From: Minisyncoccota bacterium
GTDB lineage: Bacteria; Patescibacteriota; Minisyncoccia; Phycocordibacterales; Phycocordibacteraceae
DNA: 64,000 bases
Reading direction: 5' to 3'
Assembly (NCBI GenBank): GCA_036405415.1
Contig: DASWXP010000002.1
Coordinates: 556,450 to 620,449, forward strand
A model generated the notes under the pieces. It did no database searches. It was not told the origin of the DNA and saw only the letters and a program-made list of their open reading frames with translations. A program made the position numbers and the translations under genes. This document shows positions 38,035 to 47,382 of this stretch, piece after piece (position 1 is the stretch's first letter; each line of letters starts with the position of its first letter).

Positions 38035-39045
38035 ATGGCCATTCGGGTAGCGATTAACGGTTTCGGGCGCATCGGCAGGGCATTCGTCCGGCAGACATGG
38101 GATAACCCGGAGATAGAGCTCGTGGCCATTAACGATCTCGGTTCCGCAGAGAATCTCGCGTATCTCCTCAAGTTCGATACGGTATACGGCCGAGCGCCGT
38201 TCCCGGTCTTGTGGAAGGAAGGCGCGCTCTCGATCAACGAGAAGGAGGTCCGTTTCCTCTCAGAGAAGGACCCCGCGCTCCTTCCCTGGAAGGATATGCA
38301 GGTAGACGTAGTAGTCGAGGCGACCGGGTTCTTCACGGACTATGAGAAAGCGAACGCGCACGTTACCGCAGGCGCCCGCCGCGTCGTCATCACGGGACCG
38401 GTGAAGGAAGAGCATCCCTTGGGCGCGACCATCCTCATGGGGCTCGACGAATCAAAGCTCGCTACCTGCCCGATAACGAGTAACGCCTCCTGCACTACCA
38501 ACTCCGCGTCTCCGGTGATCGCCATCCTCGACGAGGCGCTCGGCATCGAGAAGGCCGTGCTCTCGACCACGCACGCCTACACCGCGAGCCAGTCCATCGT
38601 GGACGGTCCGTCCAAGAAGGACCTCAAGGAGGGCAGGGCAGCGGCGCAGAACATCGTGCCGACCTCTACCGGCGCTGCGGTCGCGGTAACGAAGGCATAC
38701 CCGTCGCTTTCCGGGAAGTTCGACGGCATCTCGCTTCGCGTTCCGGTTCCGGCAGGCTCCATCGCGGACATAACCTTCATCGCCAAGCGCCCGACAACCG
38801 CGGAAGAAGTGAACGACATCCTCCGGAAGGCGGCTGAGCTCCCGCGCTGGCAGGGCATCTTCCGGGCTTCGGACGAGGAGTACGTCTCGAGCGACATCGT
38901 GGGCGAGCACGCCGCTTCCATCGCGGACCTCGGCATGACGCGCGTCGTGGACGGGAACCTCGTGAAGGTGCTCGCGTGGTACGACAACGAGGCCGGATAT
39001 ACGGCGACCCTGGTGCAGCACGTGCTCAAGGCAGGCGCGGCGTAA
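38035..39045 (+). CDS. gap: Type I glyceraldehyde-3-phosphate dehydrogenase
   Basis: INGFGRIGR, SNASCTTN, PTSTGAA, WYDNE. Confidence 0.96.
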   Translation: MAIRVAINGFGRIGRAFVRQTWDNPEIELVAINDLGSAENLAYLLKFDTVYGRAPFPVLWKEGALSINEKEVRFLSEKDPALLPWKDMQVDVVVEATGFFTDYEKANAHVTAGARRVVITGPVKEEHPLGATILMGLDESKLATCPITSNASCTTNSASPVIAILDEALGIEKAVLSTTHAYTASQSIVDGPSKKDLKEGRAAAQNIVPTSTGAAVAVTKAYPSLSGKFDGISLRVPVPAGSIADITFIAKRPTTAEEVNDILRKAAELPRWQGIFRASDEEYVSSDIVGEHAASIADLGMTRVVDGNLVKVLAWYDNEAGYTATLVQHVLKAGAA

Positions 39046-39063
39046 AACTCACACATTGACGCA

Positions 39064-39090
39064 GATACCACGCGCTATGCGCGTGGTATC
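39064..39090. terminator. Hairpin after gap (12-bp stem)
   Basis: GATACCACGCGC-TAT-GCGCGTGGTATC; weak T-tract. Confidence 0.5.
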
Positions 39091-39100
39091 GTCTTATTAT

Positions 39101-39490
39101 ATGGAACCCGTATCTCAAGCCGACCCTACCGAGCCTCGCACGAGAAGAGTCTTTATCATAATCTCCACCGTAGCGGTGCTCGCTGTCATAGTCGCAGGAG
39201 CGGCATACATGGCCTTCAATCCAAAAGAGAAGGAGGTCACGCTCATACGGAACTTCGCGTGTGCGGACGGTTCGCGGTATCTCGTGATCGACAATACGGA
39301 CAAGATTACCGTGTCCGGTCAGGAATTCGCCCGCGCCGGAGAGTCAGTGCCAGCTCGATACGAAAACGGCACGGATATAGCATTCGTGCTTAGCGAAGAC
39401 ACACTCGCAGTCGTTAACAATAAGACTGAGGAGTCCATCGCGACCTGCACAGCCCAGGCGGCTGAAGTTGATTTCGTAAAGGAGCAATAA
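39101..39490 (+). CDS. Membrane-anchored protein, possibly MliC-like lysozyme-inhibitor fold
   Basis: One N-terminal TM; FACADG...ARYENG...C pattern resembles MliC. Confidence 0.45.
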   Translation: MEPVSQADPTEPRTRRVFIIISTVAVLAVIVAGAAYMAFNPKEKEVTLIRNFACADGSRYLVIDNTDKITVSGQEFARAGESVPARYENGTDIAFVLSEDTLAVVNNKTEESIATCTAQAAEVDFVKEQ

Positions 39491-39498
39491 CGGAGCAT

Positions 39499-40992
39499 AT
39501 GAAAACCACACTATTCGCAAGAATCATCTCAGCTTCCTCAGCGCTTGCTCTGGCGACTCTCATTTTCTTCATGGCAGCTACGAATGCGCTTGCCTGCGGG
39601 ATGACCTGTAATGGGGACTACTTCGCTGCTGGTACGCCCGGAGCAGTTGCAGAGACGGGCAGGTACGACACGGCGGTGTGCATGGGGTCTGTCTCGATAG
39701 AAGAATGTCCTGGCGGAACCGATTATGGAGGCGGGGGCGGAGGTGGTGGTGGCGGAGGCGGCAGCTATGTCGACCTTACCGCAAGCGACATAACACCGGT
39801 CATCACGACTAGCGGCGAAGCACAGACATACTACGCAACCGTCTATAACGGCCCGACGATCGCAGGGAACACTACGACCCTGTTCCAGCGGACCGAGAAT
39901 CCCGGTGACGTGAGCGCGCCAGTGGTGAGTATGGTCGCGACAGCGAGCATGAACCCATACTCAGCGCGCACCTTGTCGGCAAGCTATACCCGTACGGGCG
40001 GTTCGTTCTACATGCGCGCATGCGCAGACGCGAACAATCAGATCGCCGAGATCAACGAGAATAACAACTGCGGTCCGTGGACGCTCATAACCGTCATGCC
40101 TTCTGCGCAGCAGGCGGATCTCGTCGCAGGAAGCGTGAGCGTCTCGAACGCGGTCCAAGGCGCGGCTGCGACCCTGAGCGCGAGCGCGTCGAATATCGGT
40201 GCTGGCGCGTCCGATAGCTTCCCGCTCTTGTTCCAGATCTCAGAGACCGGAGCACGCACTAACAGCGCGTACCTCGGGGGACTCGGTTCCGGCGCTTCTG
40301 CGGGCGGTACCGGCTCGTACAAGTTCCCGGATTTCGGGGTGTACAACGTGCGAGCCTGCGCGAACTTCGACACGGCCTGGAATCCGGTCGCGGCCGAATC
40401 GAGCACCGCGAACAACTGCGGTCCGTGGACCGAGGTCACGGTCTCGCCCGTGGTAACGCCGGCGCTCTCGTGCTCCGTATCGGCGACATCGGTAGCGGTT
40501 GGCGGATCGGTCACCTATAGCGCGAACCCGTCAGGAGGCGCCTCTGGTCCCTACACCTGGACCGCGTCTGACGGCGGGAGCTACGGAACCGGCTCGACCG
40601 CATCCCGATCCTTCAGCGCTCCCGGCACGTACGCGATGAACGTCGATACGTCCTCGACCGCGGTATCCTACTGCCCGAACGTGAGCGTCGTATCGACCGC
40701 ATGTAGCGCTGCGACAACTGATCTCTCCATAACCGCGACCCCGTCACGCGTGCGTGCGGGACAGACCTCGACCATCTCCTGGACCGCGTCCGGCGTGAAC
40801 GGCGAAGGCGCAAGCTGCACCGTCTCGGGCCCTGGCGTCTCCTGGACCTCAAGCGTAACGGCAGCGCCGCAGTGTTCCGCAGGCGGATCCTCAAGCGCTA
40901 CGATCGCGACCCAGAGCACCTACACCATCACGTGCGCCGGCCAGTCCGAGAGCGTCGTGGTGAACGTGATTCCGCAGATCATCGAGTTCTAG
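39499..40992 (+). CDS. Secreted Cys-rich CARDB/PKD-like Ig-domain surface protein (paralog A)
   Basis: Signal peptide, Gly12 linker, CARDB motif CADANNQIAEINENNNC, PKD-like FSAPGTY; ends VIPQIIEF. Confidence 0.7.
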   Translation: MKTTLFARIISASSALALATLIFFMAATNALACGMTCNGDYFAAGTPGAVAETGRYDTAVCMGSVSIEECPGGTDYGGGGGGGGGGGGSYVDLTASDITPVITTSGEAQTYYATVYNGPTIAGNTTTLFQRTENPGDVSAPVVSMVATASMNPYSARTLSASYTRTGGSFYMRACADANNQIAEINENNNCGPWTLITVMPSAQQADLVAGSVSVSNAVQGAAATLSASASNIGAGASDSFPLLFQISETGARTNSAYLGGLGSGASAGGTGSYKFPDFGVYNVRACANFDTAWNPVAAESSTANNCGPWTEVTVSPVVTPALSCSVSATSVAVGGSVTYSANPSGGASGPYTWTASDGGSYGTGSTASRSFSAPGTYAMNVDTSSTAVSYCPNVSVVSTACSAATTDLSITATPSRVRAGQTSTISWTASGVNGEGASCTVSGPGVSWTSSVTAAPQCSAGGSSSATIATQSTYTITCAGQSESVVVNVIPQIIEF

Positions 40993-40995
40993 TCC

Positions 40996-41487
40996 ATGCC
41001 CAAGGTATATATCGCGAGCGATCATACGGGATTCCTGCTCAAGGGAGAGCTCGTGACGTATCTCACCGAGACGCTCCTCTACGAGGTTGAGGATCTCGGT
41101 GCGCACGAACTCAATCCCGAAGATGATTATCCTGACCTCATAACGCCATGCGCGAAGAAGGTCGTAGGCACGCCTGACGCGCTCGGCATCGTGATCGGCG
41201 GATCAGGGCAAGGGGAAGCGGTTGCAGCGAACCGGGTCCCGGGCGTGCGCGCCGCGCTCTTCTACGGCGAGGCGCGGGCCGTAGGCGCTATCGACGCTGA
41301 AGGCGCCCCTGCGCTCGACGGCTACGATATCGTGCGCCTTGCGCGCGTGCACAACGATGCGAACGTACTTTCGCTTGCAGCGCGCTTCGTGGATACCGAC
41401 ACTGCTAAGGAGGCGGTGCGCATTTTCGTCTCGACGGCGTTCTCAGGCGTCGAGCGGCACCTGCGACGCATCAGAAAGCTCGGGTAG
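40996..41487 (+). CDS. rpiB: Ribose-5-phosphate isomerase B (Glu-type GGSGxGE)
   Basis: IASDHTG, DDYPD, GGSGQGE..AANR..GVRAA, HNDANVL, RH.RRI. Confidence 0.92.
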   Translation: MPKVYIASDHTGFLLKGELVTYLTETLLYEVEDLGAHELNPEDDYPDLITPCAKKVVGTPDALGIVIGGSGQGEAVAANRVPGVRAALFYGEARAVGAIDAEGAPALDGYDIVRLARVHNDANVLSLAARFVDTDTAKEAVRIFVSTAFSGVERHLRRIRKLG

Positions 41488-41508
41488 GAGCGCGCTATAC
41501 TAGGGTGC

Positions 41509-42231
41509 ATGGGAATCATAGTCCCGGCCATACTTCCGGTATCGCGCGAGGACCTCGAGCAGAAGCTCGATATTCTTGACGGTGTCTGCGAAGAGGTGCA
41601 GGTAGATATCGTGGACGGCGTCTATGCCGGTCCTGCGACCTGGCCCTATACCCGGGACGCGTCAGAACCGTCACGCATGCTCGCGGATGGGGAATTCCTC
41701 CCGAAAGCCGGTCGCTTCAGGATTGAAATCGATCTCATGAGCGGAGACCCGGAGTCTGTGGCGGGAACCTGGATCGGGCTCGGCGCTGCGCGTCTTACGA
41801 TCCACGCGGAGAGCACGCGGTACCTGCCGCGCTTCCTTGCGAGCACCCGCTCCCTGTACGGGCATGACAAGGAGTTCGAATCCGACCTGCTGTCGCTCGG
41901 CCTTGCTATTGGCGCAGAGACCGACCTCTCGCTGATCGAGCCCTATATCGACAAGATCGATTACGTGCAGTTCATGGGCATCCGTACCATAGGCAGGCAG
42001 GGCGAGCCGTTCGATATGCGCACGATCGCGAAGGTCCGGGCATTCCGGAAGAAGTACCCGAAGACGCCGGTGCAGGTGGACGGAGGCGTGACGCTCAAGA
42101 ACGCCGCAGAGCTCCTTGATGCGGGTGTGGCGCGCCTTGTCGTGGGCTCTGCGATCTGGCGCGCAGAGAATCCACTCGACGCGTATCGCGCGCTCGACGC
42201 CCTCACCGAGCAGCATGGGCTCTATGCATAG
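41509..42231 (+). CDS. rpe: Ribulose-phosphate 3-epimerase (divergent)
   Basis: IVPAIL, VDIVDG, IHAE, QFMG..G.QG.PF, VDGGV, VVGSAI; pentose phosphate context. Confidence 0.8.
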   Translation: MGIIVPAILPVSREDLEQKLDILDGVCEEVQVDIVDGVYAGPATWPYTRDASEPSRMLADGEFLPKAGRFRIEIDLMSGDPESVAGTWIGLGAARLTIHAESTRYLPRFLASTRSLYGHDKEFESDLLSLGLAIGAETDLSLIEPYIDKIDYVQFMGIRTIGRQGEPFDMRTIAKVRAFRKKYPKTPVQVDGGVTLKNAAELLDAGVARLVVGSAIWRAENPLDAYRALDALTEQHGLYA

Positions 42232-42754
42232 CATCCGCGGATTCACTCTTATCGAGCTTCTCGTAGTGATAGCCATCATCGGCGTGCTCTCGTCGGTAGT
42301 ACTCGCAAGCCTCAGTCAGGCGCGCATCAAAGCACGCGACACGTCCCGGATATCGCAGCTCGCGGAGATCCGGAAAGCGCTCGAGCTCTATTATCTCGAT
42401 AAGGGCTACTATCCGGCATCTAACTGCGGCTGGGACTGCAACGGATACCGCTACAGCTACGACAGCTCATGGAATGCGCTCGCGAGCGACCTTGCTCCGT
42501 ACATGAGTACGTTGCCGCGCGATCCCGTGAATACCGGCTGCACGCCGTGGAGTGCGAATTGCTTCTCATACGCGTACGGGAACGTAGGACGCAGCACCTA
42601 TGCGCCGCAGTACGATCTCACCGCCCAGCTCGAAGACCCCTTGAGCGCGTACCGCTGCACAGCTCGCGGTTACCGGTTCTATTTCAATAATCAGGGCTGG
42701 TGCAGTGCATCTGGGGGATCCTATTCGGATCAGATTTACGAAGCGTCGCCATAA
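42224..42754 (+). CDS. Type IV pilin / GspG-like pseudopilin
   Basis: Class III signal RG|FTLIELLVVIAIIGVLSSVVLASL, ALELYY..GYYP, LPRDP. Confidence 0.9.
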   Translation: MHSIRGFTLIELLVVIAIIGVLSSVVLASLSQARIKARDTSRISQLAEIRKALELYYLDKGYYPASNCGWDCNGYRYSYDSSWNALASDLAPYMSTLPRDPVNTGCTPWSANCFSYAYGNVGRSTYAPQYDLTAQLEDPLSAYRCTARGYRFYFNNQGWCSASGGSYSDQIYEASP

Positions 42755-42759
42755 GCTGT

Positions 42760-43002
42760 ATGTCTAACGTCGTATTTAACGAAGAACAGACGCCAACGAG
42801 ACAGGTCGTGAACCGGGATCCGCTCTTCGTGCGCCTCCTTATCAAGTACCAGATAGTAAAGACTCCCAAAGCGGCGGAATACGTGCTTATCGCAGCGATC
42901 GTTCTCGCATGTATCGCGGCCGTCATCGTGTTCCCGAAGGGAAGGCCTGATCCGGGAACCAATATCCCGGTCGCAGGACCCATGGACACCCGTATGCGCT
43001 AG
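42760..43002 (+). CDS. Small single-TM membrane protein (family member 1)
   Basis: 80 aa, TM YVLIAAIVLACIAAVIVF; similar layout to 47152-47382. Confidence 0.7.
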   Translation: MSNVVFNEEQTPTRQVVNRDPLFVRLLIKYQIVKTPKAAEYVLIAAIVLACIAAVIVFPKGRPDPGTNIPVAGPMDTRMR

Positions 43003-43026
43003 AGACGCGCGGTATACTGGAAGGTA

Positions 43027-43884
43027 ATGGCGCTTACCGATACCGACGTACGCATGCTCGAAGAGAAGGCGGAAGCTATCCGCGAGACGATACTCGACAT
43101 GCTCGTCCAGGCAGGAAGCGGACACACCGCAGGTCCGCTCGGCATGAGCGACCTCTTCGCCGCGCTCTACTTCAGGGTCCTTAGGTACGATCCGAAGAAT
43201 CCGGATTGGGACGAGCGGGACTATCTCGTCCTCAGTAACGGGCACACCGCGCCGGTGCGCTATGCGGCGATGGCGCATGCAGGCTATTTCCCGATAGAGG
43301 AATGCCTCACGCTCCGAAAGTTCGGGTCGCGCCTCCAAGGACACCCGGAGCGCACGAAGCTTCCGGGACTGGAGACTACGTCCGGACCTCTCGGTTCAGG
43401 ACTCTCCCAGGCGGCAGGCATGGCACTCGCGCTTTCCATGGACCGGAAGAAGAATCGCGTGTTCTGTATGATGTCAGACGGCGAGCAGCAGGAGGGGAAT
43501 ACCTGGGAAGCGGTACTGTTCGCATCCAAGTACGGGCTCGGGAACCTCACGGCCATCATGGACCGCAATTTCATCCAGATAGACGGCATGACGGAAGATG
43601 TGATGCCGCTCGATTCGCTCAAGGCGAAATACGAATCCTTCGGATGGGAGGTGCTCGAGATCGACGGGCACAACATGAAAGCTATCGTGGACGCCTGCGA
43701 GGAAGCGAAAGCTATCGTTGAGAAGCCGACCTTGATCATCGCGCGCACGATTCCAGGGAAGGGCGTACCTGAGATCGAGTACGATTATAAGTGGCATGGA
43801 AAGCCGCCTACCAAGGAAGAGGCAGCTCGGTTCATGAAAGAGCTACGCAGCGGTGCGGGGAGGGTACCACACGAATATGCTTAA
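43027..43884 (+). CDS. Transketolase N-terminal subunit
   Basis: GSGH, LSNGH, LQGHP, GPLGSGLS, ThDP motif SDGEQQEG..WEA, WHGK. Confidence 0.93.
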   Translation: MALTDTDVRMLEEKAEAIRETILDMLVQAGSGHTAGPLGMSDLFAALYFRVLRYDPKNPDWDERDYLVLSNGHTAPVRYAAMAHAGYFPIEECLTLRKFGSRLQGHPERTKLPGLETTSGPLGSGLSQAAGMALALSMDRKKNRVFCMMSDGEQQEGNTWEAVLFASKYGLGNLTAIMDRNFIQIDGMTEDVMPLDSLKAKYESFGWEVLEIDGHNMKAIVDACEEAKAIVEKPTLIIARTIPGKGVPEIEYDYKWHGKPPTKEEAARFMKELRSGAGRVPHEYA

Positions 43885-44866
43885 CAAGAACGTAAGACTC
43901 TCAGACAAGATTTTCTCGAAGGATATTGAGCGAGCTCCGACGCGCGACGGATTCGGGCGCGGCACGGTTGCAGCAGGGAAGAAGGATGAGAACGTCGTGG
44001 TGCTGTGCGCCGATCTTAAGGAATCGACGCGCGCGGAATGGTTCGAGAAGGAGTTTCCGGACCGCTTCATCGAGGTGGGAGTAGCGGAGCAGAACCTCGC
44101 GACCGCCGCCGCAGGCATGGCAGCGATCGGGAAGCGCCCGTTCATCGCAAGCTACGCCGCGTTCAGTCCGGGCCGCAACTACGAGCAGATCCGCACGACC
44201 ATCGCGCTCAACGAGCAGCCGGTAGTGGTGTGCGGCATGCACGCGGGCGTGTCGGTTGGTCCTGACGGCGCGACGCACCAGATGCTCGAGGACATCGGGC
44301 TCATGCGCATGCTTCCGGGCATGTCTGTCATCGTGCCGGGGGACGCGGTAGAGGCGCAGAAGGCAGTCGAATACGCGGCTGTCGCAAGTCATCCTACCTA
44401 CATACGCTTCGGCAGGTCTCCGGTTCCGACCTTCACTACCTCAGAGACCCCGTTTGCATACAGCAAGGCGATCTCGGTGTGGGAGAGCGACAAGCCGAAG
44501 GTAGCGCTCATGGCGACCGGCGCGCTCACCTACGAAGCGCTCGTTGCGGCAAAGGCGCTCGCGGCTGACGGCATCGAGGTCTCGGTGCTGCACGTGCCAT
44601 TCGTTAAGCCGCTTGACGAGGAAGCGGTGCTTGCGGCGGCAAAGCGCGCAGGCCGGGTCATTACGATCGAGGAGCATCAGGCAGCGGGCGGGTTCGGCAG
44701 CGCCGTTGCGGAATTCCTTTCAGGCGCGTATCCGGTGCCGGTCATGCGTCTCGGCGTCCAGGATCAGTTCGGACAGTCCGGCGAACCGCAGGAACTCCTT
44801 TCGCACTACGGCCTCACGGCTCCGGAGATAACCGCTGCGGTGCGCAAGTCGCTCGGGGTATACTGA
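43877..44866 (+). CDS. Transketolase C-terminal subunit
   Basis: GVAEQN, YEQIR, GPDGATHQ, YIRFGR, EEH...GGFG. Confidence 0.93.
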   Translation: MLNKNVRLSDKIFSKDIERAPTRDGFGRGTVAAGKKDENVVVLCADLKESTRAEWFEKEFPDRFIEVGVAEQNLATAAAGMAAIGKRPFIASYAAFSPGRNYEQIRTTIALNEQPVVVCGMHAGVSVGPDGATHQMLEDIGLMRMLPGMSVIVPGDAVEAQKAVEYAAVASHPTYIRFGRSPVPTFTTSETPFAYSKAISVWESDKPKVALMATGALTYEALVAAKALAADGIEVSVLHVPFVKPLDEEAVLAAAKRAGRVITIEEHQAAGGFGSAVAEFLSGAYPVPVMRLGVQDQFGQSGEPQELLSHYGLTAPEITAAVRKSLGVY

Positions 44867-44871
44867 TGCCT

Positions 44872-45036
44872 ATGAAAGGCAAGAAGCTCTCAGGATACGC
44901 GATCGCTTTCATCTTCTTTATGCTCGGGGTAGCAGCAACCCTGATCATCCTTACGGCAGCGAACCGCGCGGAATCGATGCATGAGGATTACGATTCCATA
45001 AACCCCGCAGACCTGAACGCGGACTTCGGACGATAG
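44872..45036 (+). CDS. 54-aa single-TM small protein (not in ORF track)
   Basis: MKGKKLSGYAIAFIFFMLGVAATLIILTAANRAESMHEDYDSINPADLNADFGR*; TATACT 7 nt upstream; terminator directly downstream. Confidence 0.65.
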   Translation: MKGKKLSGYAIAFIFFMLGVAATLIILTAANRAESMHEDYDSINPADLNADFGR

Positions 45037-45038
45037 AG

Positions 45039-45062
45039 GAAAGGCCCCGTACGGGGCCTTTC
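45039..45062. terminator. Bidirectional terminator between convergent genes
   Basis: Perfect palindrome GAAAGGCCCCGTACGGGGCCTTTC. Confidence 0.75.
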
Positions 45063-45065
45063 GCG

Positions 45066-46085
45066 TTAGGGTGTAGTGAGCCTATACGAATCAGGTGCGG
45101 TCCTGAGGTATTCCTCGAGCGCCTCGCGCGTGAGTAGGCCTTCCTGGCCGCCGATCTTCTGTACGACCGACATGGAATTCACGGGTCCCCACAGGAGCGC
45201 CTCCTCAAGCGGCTTCCCGAGCGTGAGCGCGGCCGTCACGGTCGAGGCGAACGAATCCCCGGCGCCCGTGCGCTCGAACGGCTCGCGGGTATCCGGATAC
45301 ATAGGTACGAAGTACTGCTGCTCGCCGTTAAACGCATATGCGCCTGCGCGGCCGTCCGTAATGATCACGGTCTTCGGTCCGAGCGCGCGGATGCCTGAAA
45401 GGAGCGCTGACATCTCGGGCGTTCCGGAAAGGCCGAGGATGCGCGCCGCCTCCTCCTTGTTGCAGAAGAAGAGATCCGTGCGGGCGTAGATGCGCGAAAG
45501 GCGCTCGGTGCCCATGGCCATCTGGAAGGTGCCTGGCTGGAATACGAGACGCATGTCCGGACGCTCCTCAGCGAAATCAGCGATCGCCTCGTAGTACGAG
45601 TCCGGTACTTCGCCGAGCGAGGAGAGGTACAGCGTTTTCACGTCCGGCAGGTCGTTCGGGAAATAGTAGGCATAGGTCTCATGCTTCACGAGGATGGTGC
45701 GCTCGCTCTCGAACCACAGCACGTAGTGGTAGTTGGTCTTCTTGCCTTCCTGGAGCGCCACGTAGCTCGTGTCTACGCCGTTGCCGCGCAGGCTTAAGAG
45801 GATCTCTTCGCCGTACTGGTCCTTTCCGGTGTTCGAGATGAGGGAGCTCGAAAGGCCGAGGCGCGCGGCAGATACGGAGGCGTTCGCGGAATTGCCGACG
45901 CCTGAGACCTTCGTGGAGGATTCGAATGGGATCTTATCCCCGAAGCGCATGCAGATCTCGCAGCTCCCGTCCTGGATGTTGCAGTTCGTGCGTGCGTCCT
46001 TGAGGCGGATAAAGTCGTCGATGACGGTGTCGCCGATGGCGAGGAAGTCGATCCCTCCCTTGGGAGTGCGTGAGAATAGCTTCAT
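45066..46085 (-). CDS. PfkB-family carbohydrate kinase
   Basis: GNSANASV..ARLG, NKEEA, ITDGRAGA, ERTGAGDSF. Confidence 0.9.
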   Translation of the reverse strand: MKLFSRTPKGGIDFLAIGDTVIDDFIRLKDARTNCNIQDGSCEICMRFGDKIPFESSTKVSGVGNSANASVSAARLGLSSSLISNTGKDQYGEEILLSLRGNGVDTSYVALQEGKKTNYHYVLWFESERTILVKHETYAYYFPNDLPDVKTLYLSSLGEVPDSYYEAIADFAEERPDMRLVFQPGTFQMAMGTERLSRIYARTDLFFCNKEEAARILGLSGTPEMSALLSGIRALGPKTVIITDGRAGAYAFNGEQQYFVPMYPDTREPFERTGAGDSFASTVTAALTLGKPLEEALLWGPVNSMSVVQKIGGQEGLLTREALEEYLRTAPDSYRLTTP

Positions 46086-46144
46086 GCGCCGATACTAACA
46101 CGTAGCCAAACCATGCCCTGATGGCTGGGGGCTATACTGGGACC

Positions 46145-47143
46145 ATGACTGATCTCTCTGGTATCGCGCGTTCCTTAGTCGCTCCCGGCAAGGGGATCCT
46201 CGCCGCAGACGAGGGCAACGAGACTGCGGACAAGAAGCGCCTTGAAGCGTTCGGCATCGCGACCGGTCCTGAGATGCGCAGGAAATTCCGTGATCTTCTC
46301 CTTGCAACGCCGGGCATCGAGCAGTACCTCACGGGCGTCATCCTCTATAAGGAAACGCTGGAGCAGGAAAGTCTCGAGGGAATCCCGTTCCCGAAGCTCC
46401 TCCTTGAAAAGGGCATCGCTCCCGGCATCAAGGTGGACGAGGGCCTCGATCCGCTTGAGGGAAGCCCGGACGAGACGATTACGAAAGGGCTCCTCGGGCT
46501 GCCCGAGCGGCTTCTCGAATACCGCGAGCGACACCAGACGAGCTTCACGAAGTGGCGAGCGGCGATCCGTATCAGCGGAGATCGCCTCCCGACGAAGAAG
46601 GCGTTGCTTGAGAATGCGAAGCGTCTGGCGTCGTACGCGTGCGAAGTGCAGAGGGCGGGTATGGTGCCTATGCTCGAGCCTGAGGTACTGCTCGAAGGGA
46701 ATCACAGCCGCCTTCGCGCGCGCAAGGTGATCGAGGAATCAATGACCATGCTCTTCGATACACTGAACGAACAGTGCGCGGATATCTCCGGCGTCATCGT
46801 GAAGACTTCCATGGCGCTCTCAGGAAGCGGGACCGGCAGGACCGATACGCCGGAAGAGGTTGCTGAGGATACGCTCTGCGCTTTGATGGCGACGGTACCA
46901 GCAGACGTTGGCGGCATCGTGTTCCTCTCGGGAGGTCAGTCGCCGGACCAGGCGACCGAGAACCTGCGTGCTATAACGACGCTCGCAAAGAAACTCAAGG
47001 CGCCGTGGCCGCTCACGTTCAGCTACGCCCGCGCGTTCCAAGAGGAGGCGCTCCAAATATGGAAGGGGAAGGACGAGAACGTGGAAGCCGCCCGGGATGC
47101 ATTCGTGGCGCGCCTCAAGAAGGCTTCAGACGCGCTGCTATAA
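46145..47143 (+). CDS. Class I fructose-bisphosphate aldolase (eukaryote-type glycolytic family)
   Basis: GKGILAADE, GIKVDEG, KWRA, PMLEPEV, Schiff-base Lys in VIVKTSM, FLSGGQ, FSYARA. Confidence 0.92.
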   Translation: MTDLSGIARSLVAPGKGILAADEGNETADKKRLEAFGIATGPEMRRKFRDLLLATPGIEQYLTGVILYKETLEQESLEGIPFPKLLLEKGIAPGIKVDEGLDPLEGSPDETITKGLLGLPERLLEYRERHQTSFTKWRAAIRISGDRLPTKKALLENAKRLASYACEVQRAGMVPMLEPEVLLEGNHSRLRARKVIEESMTMLFDTLNEQCADISGVIVKTSMALSGSGTGRTDTPEEVAEDTLCALMATVPADVGGIVFLSGGQSPDQATENLRAITTLAKKLKAPWPLTFSYARAFQEEALQIWKGKDENVEAARDAFVARLKKASDALL

Positions 47144-47151
47144 TTTGAGGT

Positions 47152-47382
47152 ATGGACGTTAAGTTTGATGAGACTTCGTACGCTCCTCGGACGACCCAGG
47201 CTGCGCGTACCTCTGTTATGACGAGCCTCGTTATGAAGGCAGGTCTTGCAAAGGACGAGAAGGAGGCTAACCATGTGTTCTTATGGATAATCGGCCTATG
47301 CCTGCTCATACCCGCCGGCCTTTGGCTCGTTCCAGCACTCATACCCGATCCCGAGGTTCAACCCATAGTCTTGCCGAAATGA
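47152..47382 (+). CDS. Small single-TM membrane protein (family member 2)
   Basis: 76 aa; TM VFLWIIGLCLLIPAGLWLV; stop overlaps the pilin start (ATGA). Confidence 0.7.
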   Translation: MDVKFDETSYAPRTTQAARTSVMTSLVMKAGLAKDEKEANHVFLWIIGLCLLIPAGLWLVPALIPDPEVQPIVLPK

